Positions 21,401-36,400 of a DNA stretch of 52,972 nucleotides are shown here, one piece after another. Numbering within the stretch: position 1 is the stretch's first letter; each line of letters begins with the position of its first letter. The translations under genes and the position numbers were made by a program. The notes beneath the pieces were generated by a model. That model did not search any database, was not told the origin of the DNA, and saw nothing but the letters and a program-made list of their open reading frames with translations. The DNA lies in contig MQRK01249777.1 in NCBI GenBank assembly GCA_001938485.1, positions 1 to 52,972 on the forward strand, in the 5' to 3' direction. The DNA comes from Girardia tigrina (Eukaryota).

Positions 21401-24400
21401 ATAATTAAAATCAAATTAATGTTTAAAAATGATTTTAAAAAGTAATTTTATTTTACCTAATAAAATTTAAATTAAATATTTTAAATAAAATAATTTTCTT
21501 CAAGTTAGTTCAGATTGTAATGAGAAGTATTAAACATTGAGTGATAGATTTAAGTGCGAGCAATACTATTGATTGTCATAGAGATGATCAAAATTGTGAA
21601 TGTAATAAATGTTCTGTCAAATGTGTGAGTTCTCTTAACAACTATGTTAAGAAAATTACGCTGCAGTATCTTTAAAAAAAACATGATTTAAGCCATAAAT
21701 TATATTTCGGGATGTTTTATTTGAACATAACATTTCATACTGTACCTTTTTAAAGTCTCAAGATCTCTTTGAATTCAAATATTAATATTCTTTAGTTATA
21801 ATTAACAGATGTTTTCTATTTAATTTTCAGGAATTTTACATTTTATCAATTAGCGAACTATGAAAATCGTATAAAAAATGTGGATCAATTGTTAACTGAT
21901 GACATTGAAAAATTCTGCTCTGCATTAGTTGATCTGTATTCCAATATCAGCAAAGTTACTTTAATTTTAATAAAATAGTTTATTCTCCACATTGTTTAGC
22001 CTATGCTTGATATCATAATATATGTTTATAAACTCTGTAGAGCACTTGGTTTAAAAGTAATGTTAACTGTTTTGTAATTTAATTAATATAACTAATAATA
22101 GGGACCAGGATATTTGTTATTTTATCTTTTTTTAAGTGGTGCTATTCTCACTAAGTTACGGAAGCCTCTTACAAGGCTGACAATAAGAGAACAGCAATAC
22201 GAGGGAGAATACAGGTTTATCAACTCTAGACTAATTGCTAATAGTGAAGAAATTGCTTTTTATCAAGGAAATGAAAAAGAGCAAAATACTATAAAACTCA
22301 TATTTGATCAATTGGTAAGGCTAATGAATAATATTTTGTTCTATATTGGTTTATTATTTGGAATATATATGGCTGTATGTGAGTCTCAAACTTGTAAAAA
22401 GACTTGTTTATTTTTCCATTCTTTTTATTAGCTTACTTTCTAGGTATATATATATATATGGAATTTAGAAACCTATTTTTGAAGGCTTTTTACTCAATCA
22501 ATTTTCTCCAAACTTTGCACATTTACTCAATCTCGATGACAATAAATGATTATGTGAAAATTTGATCAAATTAGGAAATCGGAAAAATTCTTTTGCAAAA
22601 AAACGTTTTACGATTATCCAAAAATGTCAAAACTGAATTAAATAGAAATCTTTTGCTTTTTTTCCTTCCATGTTTTATAATAGGTTTATCATGTTATTAG
22701 TGACTTTTTAATTGCAAAATGGAGTTGTCAATTTTTTGTATGAAATTTTCTCTTCTACAAAAGATTTCAATAGTTACTAATAACATAATAAATTGATTAA
22801 AAATGTAATAGTAATTTTCTCTTCTAGAAAGATTACAAAAAAAATTCTGTTTACCAAGTAAAGTTCTGGTTACATATAGAATGGAATAAAAAAATTTATG
22901 TTTACTAGTGTTGTTATAAAATATTGAAAATTTATCAATTATTTATTATGAAAATTATCGCAATTAAGTATAATGAAAATATCGTAAATAAATATATAAA
23001 CAATGACACTTATACGTCAATTTTAAAGTGATGTAAATTCTGTTGAAATGCTTTTAGGGCAAAATAAATTACAAAATAAACACGAATGAAAATAATGTTT
23101 CAATTTTTATCAAATTATATTTCACACATTATTGGATTAAAGAATTGAAAACTTTTAAATAATAAATATTTATATTTGAAAATATTACTAACATAAGGAT
23201 CGGTTAAACTGTTTATTGTATGTAGACAATAGTTCAGAGTTTGAAGTTGCATATAGAGGTTTATAAATCTTGTCTCACAAATTTAAGAGATTGATTATTA
23301 TAAAATCTTTAGAAGAAAAACCTAAAATAATTTAAAAATTCTTTTTTTCAAAAAATGAAATCTGTGATCTAATATAGCAAAAGCTTTGGCATTAATGTGA
23401 TAATCAGTACTACCATTGTCATAGTAGTCTTGATTCTGAAATGAAGAAAAATTTATTTTACAATTTATGATGAAAAACAAAATTACCAAAACAAATAAAA
23501 TGTGTGTACAATTTATCAACAATTGTTAGTCATCAAAAAATTTTGCTTATTTCAGTATGTTTGAGTACATATGTTACTTCAGCATAATCACTCTTTGTAT
23601 TATAAATTTATAACTTGTGCATCTCATTGTGAGAACGAGAAAGTAAAACATCACCAGCTTCGTGTTACGTATTTAATTTTTTCTCGACTTTTCTTTGCAC
23701 ATCCATTTCCTTTATGATTAAAATGTTTTAATTAGATTTATAATAAGGGTGTTGTTCGGCTCATCGACAGACAAGACCTTTGACCTCTGAAAGTCCATGG
23801 TATATTGCTTAACATAGGCAAAATGTAAATGTGATTGTAGTTACCGCAAACTAACATACCCGTTCTCCCCGTGGAGTTCCTTATCACAAAGAATCGAAAT
23901 TGGGTTATTTTTGTAAAAATTCATTAACATTAATTTGATTAATTAATTCATTAGCATTCTTTCTTCAATAAATTCTATCATCAATAAATTTTATCATAAT
24001 AACTTTTTGTAATTCTTTATCCAAAATTTCGTTTCGCTTTATATACATGACAAATTAATATTAGAAAAAAAACCAACAAAAAATTATTAAGCCAATCAAA
24101 GTTTATTAATTTCGACAGTTTAACCGTCATCGTCAGAACAAATGATCTTTCAAACGAAAAGTACTTATATAGTGCAGTTAACGATTATGTAATCAATACG
24201 TAATCAGTACATCATTTAAAAACTCTCAACAAAGTTGTAGAGAATGCAGTTTGAACGTTAATTTTAGGATCCAAAGATCTTACATATAACGCTTCACATG
24301 TCACTCTCCCAATAATTTTTAAAGTGAGTGCACAGAATTTTAAAGTGTTGTGAATTTATATCTCCTTTACAATATCTTCTATGTCCTGCAATGTTACTTC

Positions 24401-27400
24401 CACCTTCATTGCGACTGTGTTCCTGGATTCTCTTACAGAGATGACGTGAAGTCTCTCCAATGTATGTGGCGTTACACCCATTACATGCATATTGGTAAAT
24501 GAGATCCGAACACAATCCTAATGGCGTTGGAGATTTATTGCCGAACATGCTTTCATTTTTCTGGTTACGGAATATTACTTTTAAACTTATTGCATTATTT
24601 AACGATTTCAAAATAGAATTTTTAAATATTTTAAACCCCTCTGAATATGGTACAGTTAACACAACCAATTTCCATACTTTTATCATTAGTGTTGCAAGAT
24701 TGCTCTTGATCTTGAACATCTAAAATTTTAGTACTATTTTTTTGTCAATTAATTTATCAATACTTTCCTTTGTCAATTTCTCCACTATCGATTTTGAATA
24801 TTCGTTATCATATAATAATTTGTTTAATTTATTAAGGCTGTCATTACATCCTTTATATGTAGATGAAAGAGCCCATGAGCGAAAAATAAAACCTTTAATC
24901 ATATTTCGACGATATTTGGATTCACAGAAACTGATCCGTGTTGTATAAAACCCCGTGTCAGTTTTCTTTCTAAAAATCTCCGTCTCATAACGTCTGTTTT
25001 TTTCTCTCAATTAATAAATCAAGAAAGTTTTAGCACTTATCTTGTTCTTTCTCCACAGTAAACTTTACATTTGAATGCAAAGAATTCATATAACTTCAAA
25101 GTCTTTCATCTACATATGTAACATCTAGATCTATATGTAACATTCAAACAATTTAAAATATTCCTCACAAGTTACATTATTTTTTATTAATTTTAGAGGG
25201 ATCATTTGGGAAATCTAATTGAATTTCGATTTTTCTTGGGCATAATCGAAAATATTTTATCAAAATGTTAGTTAATTCTTATCTTTTATAATCTTAATTT
25301 AATTATTATGTAATTTGGGTTTTAAATTTTAGATTAAAAATAAACTAAATTATTTAATTATTTGCTCTTGAAACCATTTAAAAATAAATACAGGCGTATG
25401 CCAAGTCAAAAATACATTTTTAACAATTCTGATCTTGATTTTTATTTTTGAATAGATAGTCGTATTCCATAGATGTCTAAATTCTTTTTACAAATTATGT
25501 AATTTTTGATCAACCACATTAATTCCTATCAATCTTAACTTATTGTAATGTATGTAGAGAAGAGTGGGATAAGTTGAATAGAGTGTGATTTAAGCTTTCC
25601 ACTTACTCACTTATCCCAACACTGCCATCTTCAAACAGGGTAAATGAAGGGAATAGTACTAAACGTTTTCTGTAGTTATGCGTGTATGATCAAATATGAA
25701 TATTCAGTGCTAAAACCTCCTAGAAAAAATAATTACATTAATATTACCATTACAGTAGATATCACTAGTTAATCAGTAATGTTTAAGTTCCCATGAAAAC
25801 TGAGTTTAAAACTATAAGTATGAATTGCTTCTTTGACTTATCCTGCAATGTGGAACTGATAAACTGTGTTTCAAGAGTTATTATCTACACAACAATGATT
25901 TCAAACTTCATAAAATACTTAATTTTTACTTTCAAAAATTTGAGACAATCACCGTGTTTTTCCATGTATAAGACCCCATTTTTGTTAAAATTTAATGAAC
26001 ATTTAACGCGAATTTCAAAAATTAGTAAATATTTGAAATATTTCTCCAAAAAAAAGATTACAATTTATTTTATGGAATAAATAAGGTACTTTTTTGAACT
26101 TTTTGCCAAAAATGCACACCCAAAAATAGGAGGGATCCTATACACGGAAAAATACGGTAGTTTATGTTTTTTTGAAAACAAATTATTATTTTTGTAATCA
26201 TTTTCTCGTTATTTTTGTTTACTTTTACATTCTTTTTATTAGCTTACTTTCTATATATATATATATATGTACCCATTGAATTTAGAAACCTAATTTTGAA
26301 GACCTTTTACTCAATCAATTTTCTCCAAATTTTGAACATTTACTCATTCTCGACGACTATAAATGATTATGTAAAAATTTTATCAAAAAAACATTTTTAC
26401 GGTTCAAAAATGGGAAAAAACTACAAATTCTGACTTCCAGAACAATATTAATTGAAAAAGATCTACTTATAAATTATAAGTAGATTATATTAATTTTTTA
26501 TTGTGGATTTTTTTAATATTTTTTTTAATTCAAACTTTGTTGGCAAAGTAGAGTTCTGTCTACATAAAGAATGGATATAAAAATTTTAATTTTTTGATTT
26601 ACTAGTTTTGTTATATTGAACAGTATTTGAATAAAAAAATACTGTTTGAAGATTAATTTAGAATGTTATCCAATCTCATTGAGTAATCTCGAAATAAATA
26701 ACCTCGTATCAACTTTATGTTTACATCATATGGTTTAAATAATCTCTAAATATACTGTGCCAAAATCAAATCCAATTTAGATGGCCCACGAATGCATTGT
26801 GGCCTGGAGAAAACTTATATAAAAATATAGCTACTGCTTTTCTTGAGAATTCAAGAAATAAATGAACCTATATGTATCAAAAATATTTTATAGTTTTGTA
26901 AAACAGGATTATATGGTCGTACAAATAACGGTTTAAAGGGTTTATTATAAGAGGAGTCACGTTATGTTTGCATAATATTAAAAGGCTATTGATAATTTCG
27001 TTACAGAAAGAGAACAGATCTTGCAAAATAAAAATTTTCGTTGCATAATTTATTAATGATCGCATAGTGTTTCTTGCGTTATTATTAAAATTTAGATTAA
27101 AATTTAAATAAGATTTACTGTTTCTTCTTATTATTGAGGCACGTTTTTAATTATTTCTTTTCATCCAAAATAAATGATATTGTAAATATTTATGAATTAA
27201 AAGGAAACGTTTATGTTAATTTTATAAAATACTTTCGACTAATTAAATTTTTACACTTTAGATGTCGCCACGACTGTGGGATTTTACTCCATTAGTCGAT
27301 TATTTTTCCAGAAAGAGAAGTCTAACTTGGACAATTTAAATTATTCTGAAACAATGAATTATTATTATTCTACAGGAAGAATGATGGTCAAAATGGCTCA

Positions 27401-30400
27401 GGCTGTTGGTCGTGTAGTTCTTTCTGGTAGACAATTGGCAAGTTTAGCGGGATTTACAGTTCGAATTCAAGAATTAGAAAACTTACTTAATGAACTTAAC
27501 TTGAATAAATCGAATTCTTCGAAAATCATATGCAATAAAAGTATATAAATATTTACATATACTGTAAAATTTTCAATAAATCCGATTCTCTCATGCCGAA
27601 TAAAAACTTTTAAAATAAAAATAATTCATAGCCAAATTATTATTATATGAGCTTTTAGTTTAAACATTATTTTAAAAATTTTTTAAACGATAAATATCAG
27701 GGTAGGTATAAGTAATAGAGTGCTATTAAATTGTATGTGTGCATCAACTCATTGTTTATTGGCTGGTCAATAAAATTCTTTTGAAAGCGTATGTACCAAC
27801 CTTTATACTATTTGCCATTTCCTTTCATTTTAATTTTTTTTGAAATGAAATACGATCAATATTCAACAACACAGTCTATTTGGATGATAGAGCACAAGTA
27901 TCGATTAAATTATAACACCTCTAGCCAATGGTTATGGATTAAAGAATTGTATAAACTTGCACCTAACAGCAGAACAATCAATTTGTTCGCTAAATGAAAG
28001 ACATAGGTTCTATCTAAGATTTACCTTGGTACGATAGATCGATATCAATGTCTACAAATGCTACCAAAGCCATGGTTCAAGAAGAATTTTCAGATCAGCC
28101 ATCTTCATCTGTTCATCAATTGAATTACATATCAGCAATCTGTCATTACGCCGCCTAATGAAGCTCTGTGTCGCCCACGATTAGTACAGAAGTTGACTAA
28201 GGACAACCTAGATAGATGGCTTAAATTTGGCTACGAAATGCTTCCGGCCTTTTGTTAGTTTCATTTAAATTGTAATCAATATTAGAATTAGAAATTATGA
28301 TGATCAAAATTTATTAATATATTACACGTATTGAAACAATTTTCATCTCCTTTTCTTTAAAAACTTTAATCATTGGTATTTTTGTTTCTCCTTTTTATTA
28401 AAAAATTGATATTCATTTCACCTAATTCATTTATTTATTTTATTATTTAGTTAATCATATTTTTTAATAAAATTTTATAATATTATTGTAATTGTGGTTA
28501 ATTAAATTGTTTTATTTTAAACTAAATATTTTATAATGGCGACTATTATTTTGGCTCAGTAAAAACAATAAAACTCCCGATATTTTTAAAATTGATTTCT
28601 CAGTATCTTAAATTGAATTCTCAGTATTTTACAGGGGTTTTCATTTTTATAAAGCCCATTTTTCATTTTTATAAAGCCCATTTTTCATTTTTATAAAGCC
28701 CATTTTTATTTTTATAAAGCCCATTTTTAATTTTTATAAAGCCCATTTTATTAAATAAAATAAATTAAATATTATTTGCAAAAATTATTTTTAAAAATAC
28801 CAACCAATACCAAAATATAAAAAACAATTTAAATTTATTTAAAAAAGCTTTGTTTATTTGATTTAGTGTCGAAAATGGCGATTTCTTTGATTTAAAATTC
28901 CTAATTTTAATTTGTTCTATCTATTATGATTTTACAATAATTATCCCTAATGAATTTTTTTAACAGAAATGATAGTGTTGACCAAAATAATAACAATTCT
29001 GATGAAATGTTTTCTGAAGGTGAAATCTTTGATCATTTTAACGAGGAACTGGATGTTTTGAAGGTTTCCCAAAACATTGTTGAAAATGCACCTAGAAAAA
29101 TCCAATGTACTATTACAAAGGATAAAATAAAGGACTTTGTGCGTTTGTACGAAGCCCAAAACAGCTTCAAAACGATCAAAAACTCGTAAGACTTGTCTAT
29201 GAGTTCTATTAAAAAACTGGCCATGCAGTATCGGCTTGGAAATTTTTTAAATATTGATAATTTAAAAACTTTTAGTGAGAAAAAAAAGAAACAGTAAAAT
29301 AATCAGAAAGAAATGATTTGCATTAGATGCCAACAACTCGTTGACTTGAAAAGAAATGAAAGAAGGTTTAAATAATAGTGTTTCTGTCTCAGAAGTCCAT
29401 CGAATTTTGAAAAAAAAAATGGATTACTCAAGAAAAAAACTGACTCTGGTTCCGATTGAAAGAAATGAACACAGAGTGCTGGAATTAAGAAGAATATATG
29501 GTAGATATATTCAAAACATCAATAACTCTTCAATGATTTTTTTTGGATGAATTCGGTATAAATAACCACACAACACGTGGATATGGATATTCTACAAGAA
29601 ACTCGAAATCTTTTTTAAATCTAAGAGCAAACAAAGGAAAAAGAAACGTTTCTGTCCAAGTTGCTATAAATTATAATGGTTTGCTTTGTTATGAAATTTC
29701 AGATAGGCCATTTAATTCTGAAAGTTTTAATCGATTTTTGACAGAAAAATTGTTTTTATCAATTGAAAACATGGAGAATCCACTAATAATTATGGATAAT
29801 GCAAGTATTCATAAATCCCAGAATGTAATAAGATTTTTTGAAACAAAAAATTAGGTTATAAATTCTTGCCACCATACAGTCCACAATTGAATCCAATCGA
29901 AGAATCTTTTTCTGCAATAAAATCAAAATTTAAAGCAATCAATCCAAAAATAGTCGGTTTTGAAAATATTAAGAATGCCATTAGTGAAATTTTAAATAGT
30001 TATGAAATTGACAATAGTAATTTTTATAGGCATATGAAAGTTTGGGTTGATAAAGCTTTGGCTGGTTTCCCGTTTATTTAATAAAAACAAGTTTTATTTA
30101 TTTATTTTATATACCTTTTAATTTTATTATTAGTTTTAAAGAAGAACGTTTTAAAAAATAATTTTTGCAAATAATATTTAATTAATTTTATTTAATAAAA
30201 TGACTTTATAAAAATGAAAAATGGGTTTTATAAAAATGACAAATGGGTTTTATAAAAATGAAAAATGGGCTTTATAAAAATGAAAACCTCTATAAAAAAC
30301 AAGTAAAAATTTTTTCCTCGACATAATATTGTTGTAATTATCATAAAAGGGTGATGTTCCAATCAATTTACCAATCCAACTTTAACATTCTACAGATTGT

Positions 30401-33400
30401 AGTATATACGGTGAAATAGGTGAAATGGTTTTTTTAAATACTGAGAAATCAATTTAAAAATACAGGCCTTTTATAATTTGTTTATATTTCTTTTATATAG
30501 GAATTTAATTAAACATTTATTTAACTTTTTTGATTATTTATTTTTATCTAAAATATGCATAAATGGAGTAATCATTATGTCAATGGATTGAAGAGCTACA
30601 AAAATGCAACATCCATAAATTCAAAAGAATGGACAGGTGGTTATCAATAGGTAAAGATCATAACATCAATATAGCTAGCAAATAGTATAGAATTTTATTG
30701 TCCACCGAAAGATGAAGATAAACTAACAAATGAAGAAATTCAGAATGCTTAAGAAATGAATTGGAAAACTTTTGATAAATTCAAACAAGAGCATTTGCAG
30801 CATAACGTTACAGTAGATTAAGTTACTAAAAGAGTCATGCAAATGGCAGGAAGTTTTTTCAAGAAATATATTTGCAAACACATAATTGGAATAGCAATTC
30901 ATCCAAAATATGGACGTCTAAAATACACCACCATCAAATGCCAAAGATGATTTAATTAATGAAAAATGCAAACATGGTTGACCACGTAAGATTTCAAAGG
31001 AATTGTTGGTCGATTTGTTAATAAAACTTAGTTGTATTTATTTTTATTTTTAAAATAATATTTTTACTAAATACTGATCATGTATTAAACTGATAGTTAC
31101 TTAAATAAATACTTACCAAAAATTAATGAAACACTGAGTATCGTTTATTTTTTTTACTTACCAATTAATTAACTTACTGATCGATTATATATTATTATAG
31201 TGGCCATTTAAAATAAAAAAATAGTGATCAATTTAATAAAAATACTGATAAATTAATTTGTTGATATTAAAAATAGTTTTATATTACTATTTGCTTTTCA
31301 TATTCATGAAAACTCAATTATTTAGCTTATTACTCGTATAAATATTTTTTATTTTATATTTCTTTAGCTTCAGAATTGGAAAAAGTCATGATGAATGCTG
31401 ATATCATTTTGGAAGATAATATTATAAAGTAAATGTATTTTATATTATTTTGATAAACTCATAATCACTTTCTCAGATTTGAAGATGTACCAATTGTCAC
31501 ACCAAATGGAGACATTCTTGTCGAAAAAATGAGTTTTGAAGTACTTTTTACTTATCATAAAATTTATAAATCATTAATCGAAGGTAAAATCTGGCTGCAA
31601 TGTTTTGATATGCGGTCCAAACGGCTGTGGCAAAAGTTCTCTGTTCAGAATATTGAGTGGAGTTAGCTTTTATCGATATTTACAAAATATATTGTAAAAA
31701 AATAAATGTACAATAACCATAATCTATGAGGTATATTATGGTTTAGTAATTATAACAACAATTATTAATCGAGTGCGGAGCGGAAATTGATTCTATTGAC
31801 CGAACATTTTGCCAGTTTATAAAATTTAAAAGAAAAATAAATTAAGTAAATAAATAAAATCATAAAATAAAGTTTAAAGTAATTAAAAGTAAAATAAAAT
31901 AAATAACTTATATAATTTAAATAAATACCGTAAATTCCGGACTATAAGCCGCACTTAAAAACCTGAAATGAGTTATAATTTAAGAGTTGCGGCTTATACG
32001 TTAATGTTTTAAGTGCTCAAAAAATATTTTAAATTAATTTAAATATTCTTTAAACAAGTCATAATTCAAAATATTTTACGGTATATTTTGATTTTACGGT
32101 TAGTTTACGTTATAATAAATTATTTCAATTTTAGCCATGAACCGCTCTTCATATACCTCAGAGTGGAAATTAAAAGCAATTAAATTAGCTCAATCAAATG
32201 GAAATCGTAAAGCTGCATTTCAACTCAATGTCAATGAGTCAATGATCAGAAGATGGAGAAAGCAAGAAGATGAGTTGAGACAAGTTAAAAAATCTCGTAA
32301 GAGCTTTCGTGGAAACATTCCAAGATGGGCACATCTTGAAGATGATCTTAAGAATTGGATCTATGAAATGAGATCAATTGGTAGAAGCATTTCAACGGTC
32401 TCTATACGGCTTGTGAGGAATATTTGGTGTATAATTGTTTTTTGTAGTGTTTGCATGTTTAATGTCGTGTGTTGATTTGGGATTGTGCCTCTCCTAACCA
32501 GATGGATTATCAATATTTAATTTTTTATAATCTGAAACTAATTTATTTAAAGTTAGATTTAATATTCAAATTTTTAGTTTTTATTATTGCAAATTTTAAA
32601 TAATTTTAATGATTTTATTTTTGTAAATTTTTATATAATTAAAATCAAATTAATGTTTAAAAATGTCTATAAAAATATTTTATTTTAGCCAATCAAACTT
32701 AAATTAAATATTTTAAAATAAAATAACCTTTTCAAGCATAGTTCAGATTATAATGGGAGATAGTGAAAATTGATTAATGGATTCTAGTGAAAGCAATAAT
32801 ATTGATCATCATAAAGATGATAAAATTTGTGAATGTAATAAATGTTCTGTCAAATGTGTGAGTTCTCTTAACACGGCTCAAAGCCAAGACACTAGCTAAA
32901 AAATTGGGAATTATGAATTTCTCAGGAGGACAATCTTTGTGCACCAGATTCATGAAACGAAATAATCTTTCGATTCGATGCAAAACGACATTAGCCCCAC
33001 GCCTTACTCCAGATTTTGAAGAAAAGGCCAGCATATTCCGTGAGTTTTGTCAAACAAAAATTACAGAGAAGAATATACATCATGGTAACATTTTCAATAT
33101 GGATGAAGTATCTATCCCTTTTGATAAATATTTTGGTGAATATATTATTTAGTGTTATTAGTTTATTTCCTTTGAACTGATTTATTTAAAATGGGCTTAA
33201 AATCTTTACATTTAGTGTGCGGCTTATAATACGGCGTATTTTACATGCGGCTTATACGTTAATGTTTTTTTTGGGAAAAGCAGACAATGTGCGGCTTATA
33301 ATACGGTAATTAAAATAAAATAAGTAAAAAGAAATTAAAAAAAATTAAAGAACTAATTAAATTAACGAGTGAAATAAATGAGTTAGGTGAATTTATAGCT

Positions 33401-36400
33401 TTGATTTGTGAAATTTGATTTTGAATTGGTCAATCGTGTGTTTTGTGTTGAAATTTTGAATTCGGTGAGTGGAGGTCGCCAGAAATTCAAAATGTTTGTT
33501 TAAATGAATTAATTTAATGAATGTTGGTTATGTGAATTTGTCACAATTTCAAAAGAAATGTGTCCAAAATGTATTTGGTTGTATAGGTTGGGAAAAGTTA
33601 ATCAATTTTTGACTTTCTTTATGTGTTTCAACAAAAAATAAATCAATTTGTGAAAATTTTGATCGAATTTGTGGAATTGATGGAAAATTAATAAAAAAAT
33701 GTGTGAATAATGAAATTAATTCCCGTTTAAAAAAATGATGTAGAAAATTAAAAAATAAAATTTTGAAATAAAAACATTTTTTAAAATGCTATTTGACTTC
33801 ATCAAATGACAGAAAATCGACCCGGTTGTCAGGGAAGAATACTGTCAAACTTTCGTTAATGAACTCGAATTACTCAATAAAACGGAAATTTTTTCCGAAG
33901 TTAAAAGTTTTATAATTTTCGGTAACTCACTTTATCCAAACGATTTTCAAATAAAGTTTGCCGGTTATGAGTGCATTAAGATGAATAGAGATTACAAAAT
34001 GGCAACGAACTTATTAAATGAAATGCACACAAAATTTCCAAATGAATTGTACGGCGAATTTTAAAAAAATTTTAGGCACGGTTTCTGTCTAGAGTGAATG
34101 ATAACTAATGACTAGTTGTAGGATCTTATAAATAGAGATTCATAGAACTGCTGCTCGTAATGTGAATCAAAACCCTTTTGTAAACAGAAAACTCATGTTT
34201 TGAAAAAGATGGAGTTCTAGTCTTACAACAAAACACTTGGTAGAGAAGTTTACTCGATCTATTCAATTGTGAATGCTCACTATTCTGGGTTTTGAGATTA
34301 CAATTTGTCTCTCATATTTACGAGTTTTGACACTTATGACATTTAAATTTAAGTTAAATTAAAATTAAAGTGAGTGTGCAAAGTTGTCCGATTTGTCAGA
34401 TCTCCAAGACATATACGGGAGTCACGAAAGAAGAAATAGTCGATCTTGTTTCCAAATGCCCATTTGAGGGTATTTATATGGATTTCTGTGGACCATTACC
34501 GAAAATGAATGGAAGAAATATATTCCTTGGTATAATAGATAAGTTTAGTAGATGTAAAAGTTTAACTGCATTGAATAAGCAAGATTAAGCTACAATAATT
34601 CACACGATCCAACAAATGTGGATTTATTCATGTGGACAGAGGTAAAGCTTTCGAGTCCCAAAACTTTGAGGAATTTGCAAAATCGATGTTGATTAAAATA
34701 CAATTTTAAAGTCCATATCACCATAGCGCTAATGATATCATAGAACGACAATTTAGAATCATTTATGATCTATTGAATGTTACAATGAAAGATCGAGGAT
34801 GCAACAATTGAGTGGATTTGCTTCGAGAAATTTAATATAGTATGAATGGATCCAAAAAAATACTCTAAGAGAAGCCTCAGTGGAAGTCATCTTGGGAAAA
34901 CGTATACACTAGATGGATCTCGATCATGAGTTAGGTAACCAGAAAATCATAGATAAAACTAGTAAATCAAAAAATTAATTTTTTTATATCCATTCTTTAT
35001 ACAGACAGAACTCTACTTTGCCAACAAAGTTTATAAAATTAAAAAAAAATTTAATTAAAAAAACACATTAAAAATTAATTCAAACTATTTATAATTTATA
35101 AGTAGAAATCTTGCAATTAATATTTTTCGGGAACTCCGAATTTTCTGTGTTTTTTTCAATTTTGGGATCTTAAAAAATTTTTACATAATCATTTATTGTC
35201 ATCGAGAATGAGTAAGTGTGCAAAGTTTGAAGAAAATCGATTGAGTAAAAGCCTTCAAAAACAGGTTTCTAAATTCCATGGATACATATATATATATATA
35301 CACACATATATATATATATATACAGGGTGTCCCAAAAATATGTATACACATTAAAAATTTAATTTTATTGATTAAAAAAGTAAAGATAAGTACGAGTAAT
35401 ATTTATTTATATTGGTCACAGTTTGTTCTCAAACTGACGTCCATCTTGATCCAGACACTTCTAACAACGCGAAGCAATGGAATCGCACACATCAACAAAC
35501 ATTTCCCTTGGTATTTTGCTGCATTCATGTTCAATTGCTTCTCTCAATTCAGCGATTGNNNNNNNNNNNNNNNNNNNNNNNNNNNNNNNNNNNNNNNNNN
35601 NNNNNNNNNNNNNNNNNNNNNNNNNNNNNNNNNNNNNNNNNNNNNNNNNNNNNNNNNNNNNNNNNNNNNNNNNNNNNNNNNNNNNNNNNNNNNNNNNNNN
35701 NNNNNNNNNNNNNNNNNNNNNNNNNNNNNNNNNNNNNNNNNNNNNNNNNNNNNNNNNNNNNNNNNNNNNNNNNNNNNNNNNNNNNNNNNNNNNNNNNNNN
35801 NNNNNNNNNNNNNNNNNNNNNNNNNNNNNNNNNNNNNNNNNNNNNNNNNNNNNNNNNNNNNNNNNNNNNNNNNNNNNNNNNNNNNNNNNNNNNNNNNNNN
35901 NNNNNNNNNNNNNNNNNNNNNNNNNNNNNNNNNNNNNNNNNNNNNNNNNNNNNNNNNNNNNNNNNNNNNNNNNNNNNNNNNNNNNNNNNNNNNNNNNNNN
36001 NNNNNNNNNNNNNNNNNNNNNNNNNNNNNNNNNNNNNNNNNNNNNNNNNNNNNNNNNNNNNNNNNNNNNNNNNNNNNNNNNNNNNNNNNNNNNNNNNNNN
36101 NNNNNNNNNNNNNNNNNNNNNNNNNNNNNNNNNNNNNNNNNNNNNNNNNNNNNNNNNNNNNNNNNNNNNNNNNNNNNNNNNNNNNNNNNNNNNNNNNNNN
36201 NNNNNNNNNNNNNNNNNNNNNNNNNNNNNNNNNNNNNNNNNNNNNNNNNNNNNNNNNNNNNNNNNNNNNNNNNNNNNNNNNNNNNNNNNNNNNNNNNNNN
36301 NNNNNNNNNNNNNNNNNNNNNNNNNNNNNNNNNNNNNNNNNNNNNNNNNNNNNNNNNNNNNNNNNNNNNNNNNNNNNNNNNNNNNNNNNNNNNNNNNNNN

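Noticed and set aside
28640-28750. Regular direct repeats resembling a CRISPR array
   Set aside because: No unique spacers; mirrored at 30195-30290 as transposon TIR; eukaryotic context
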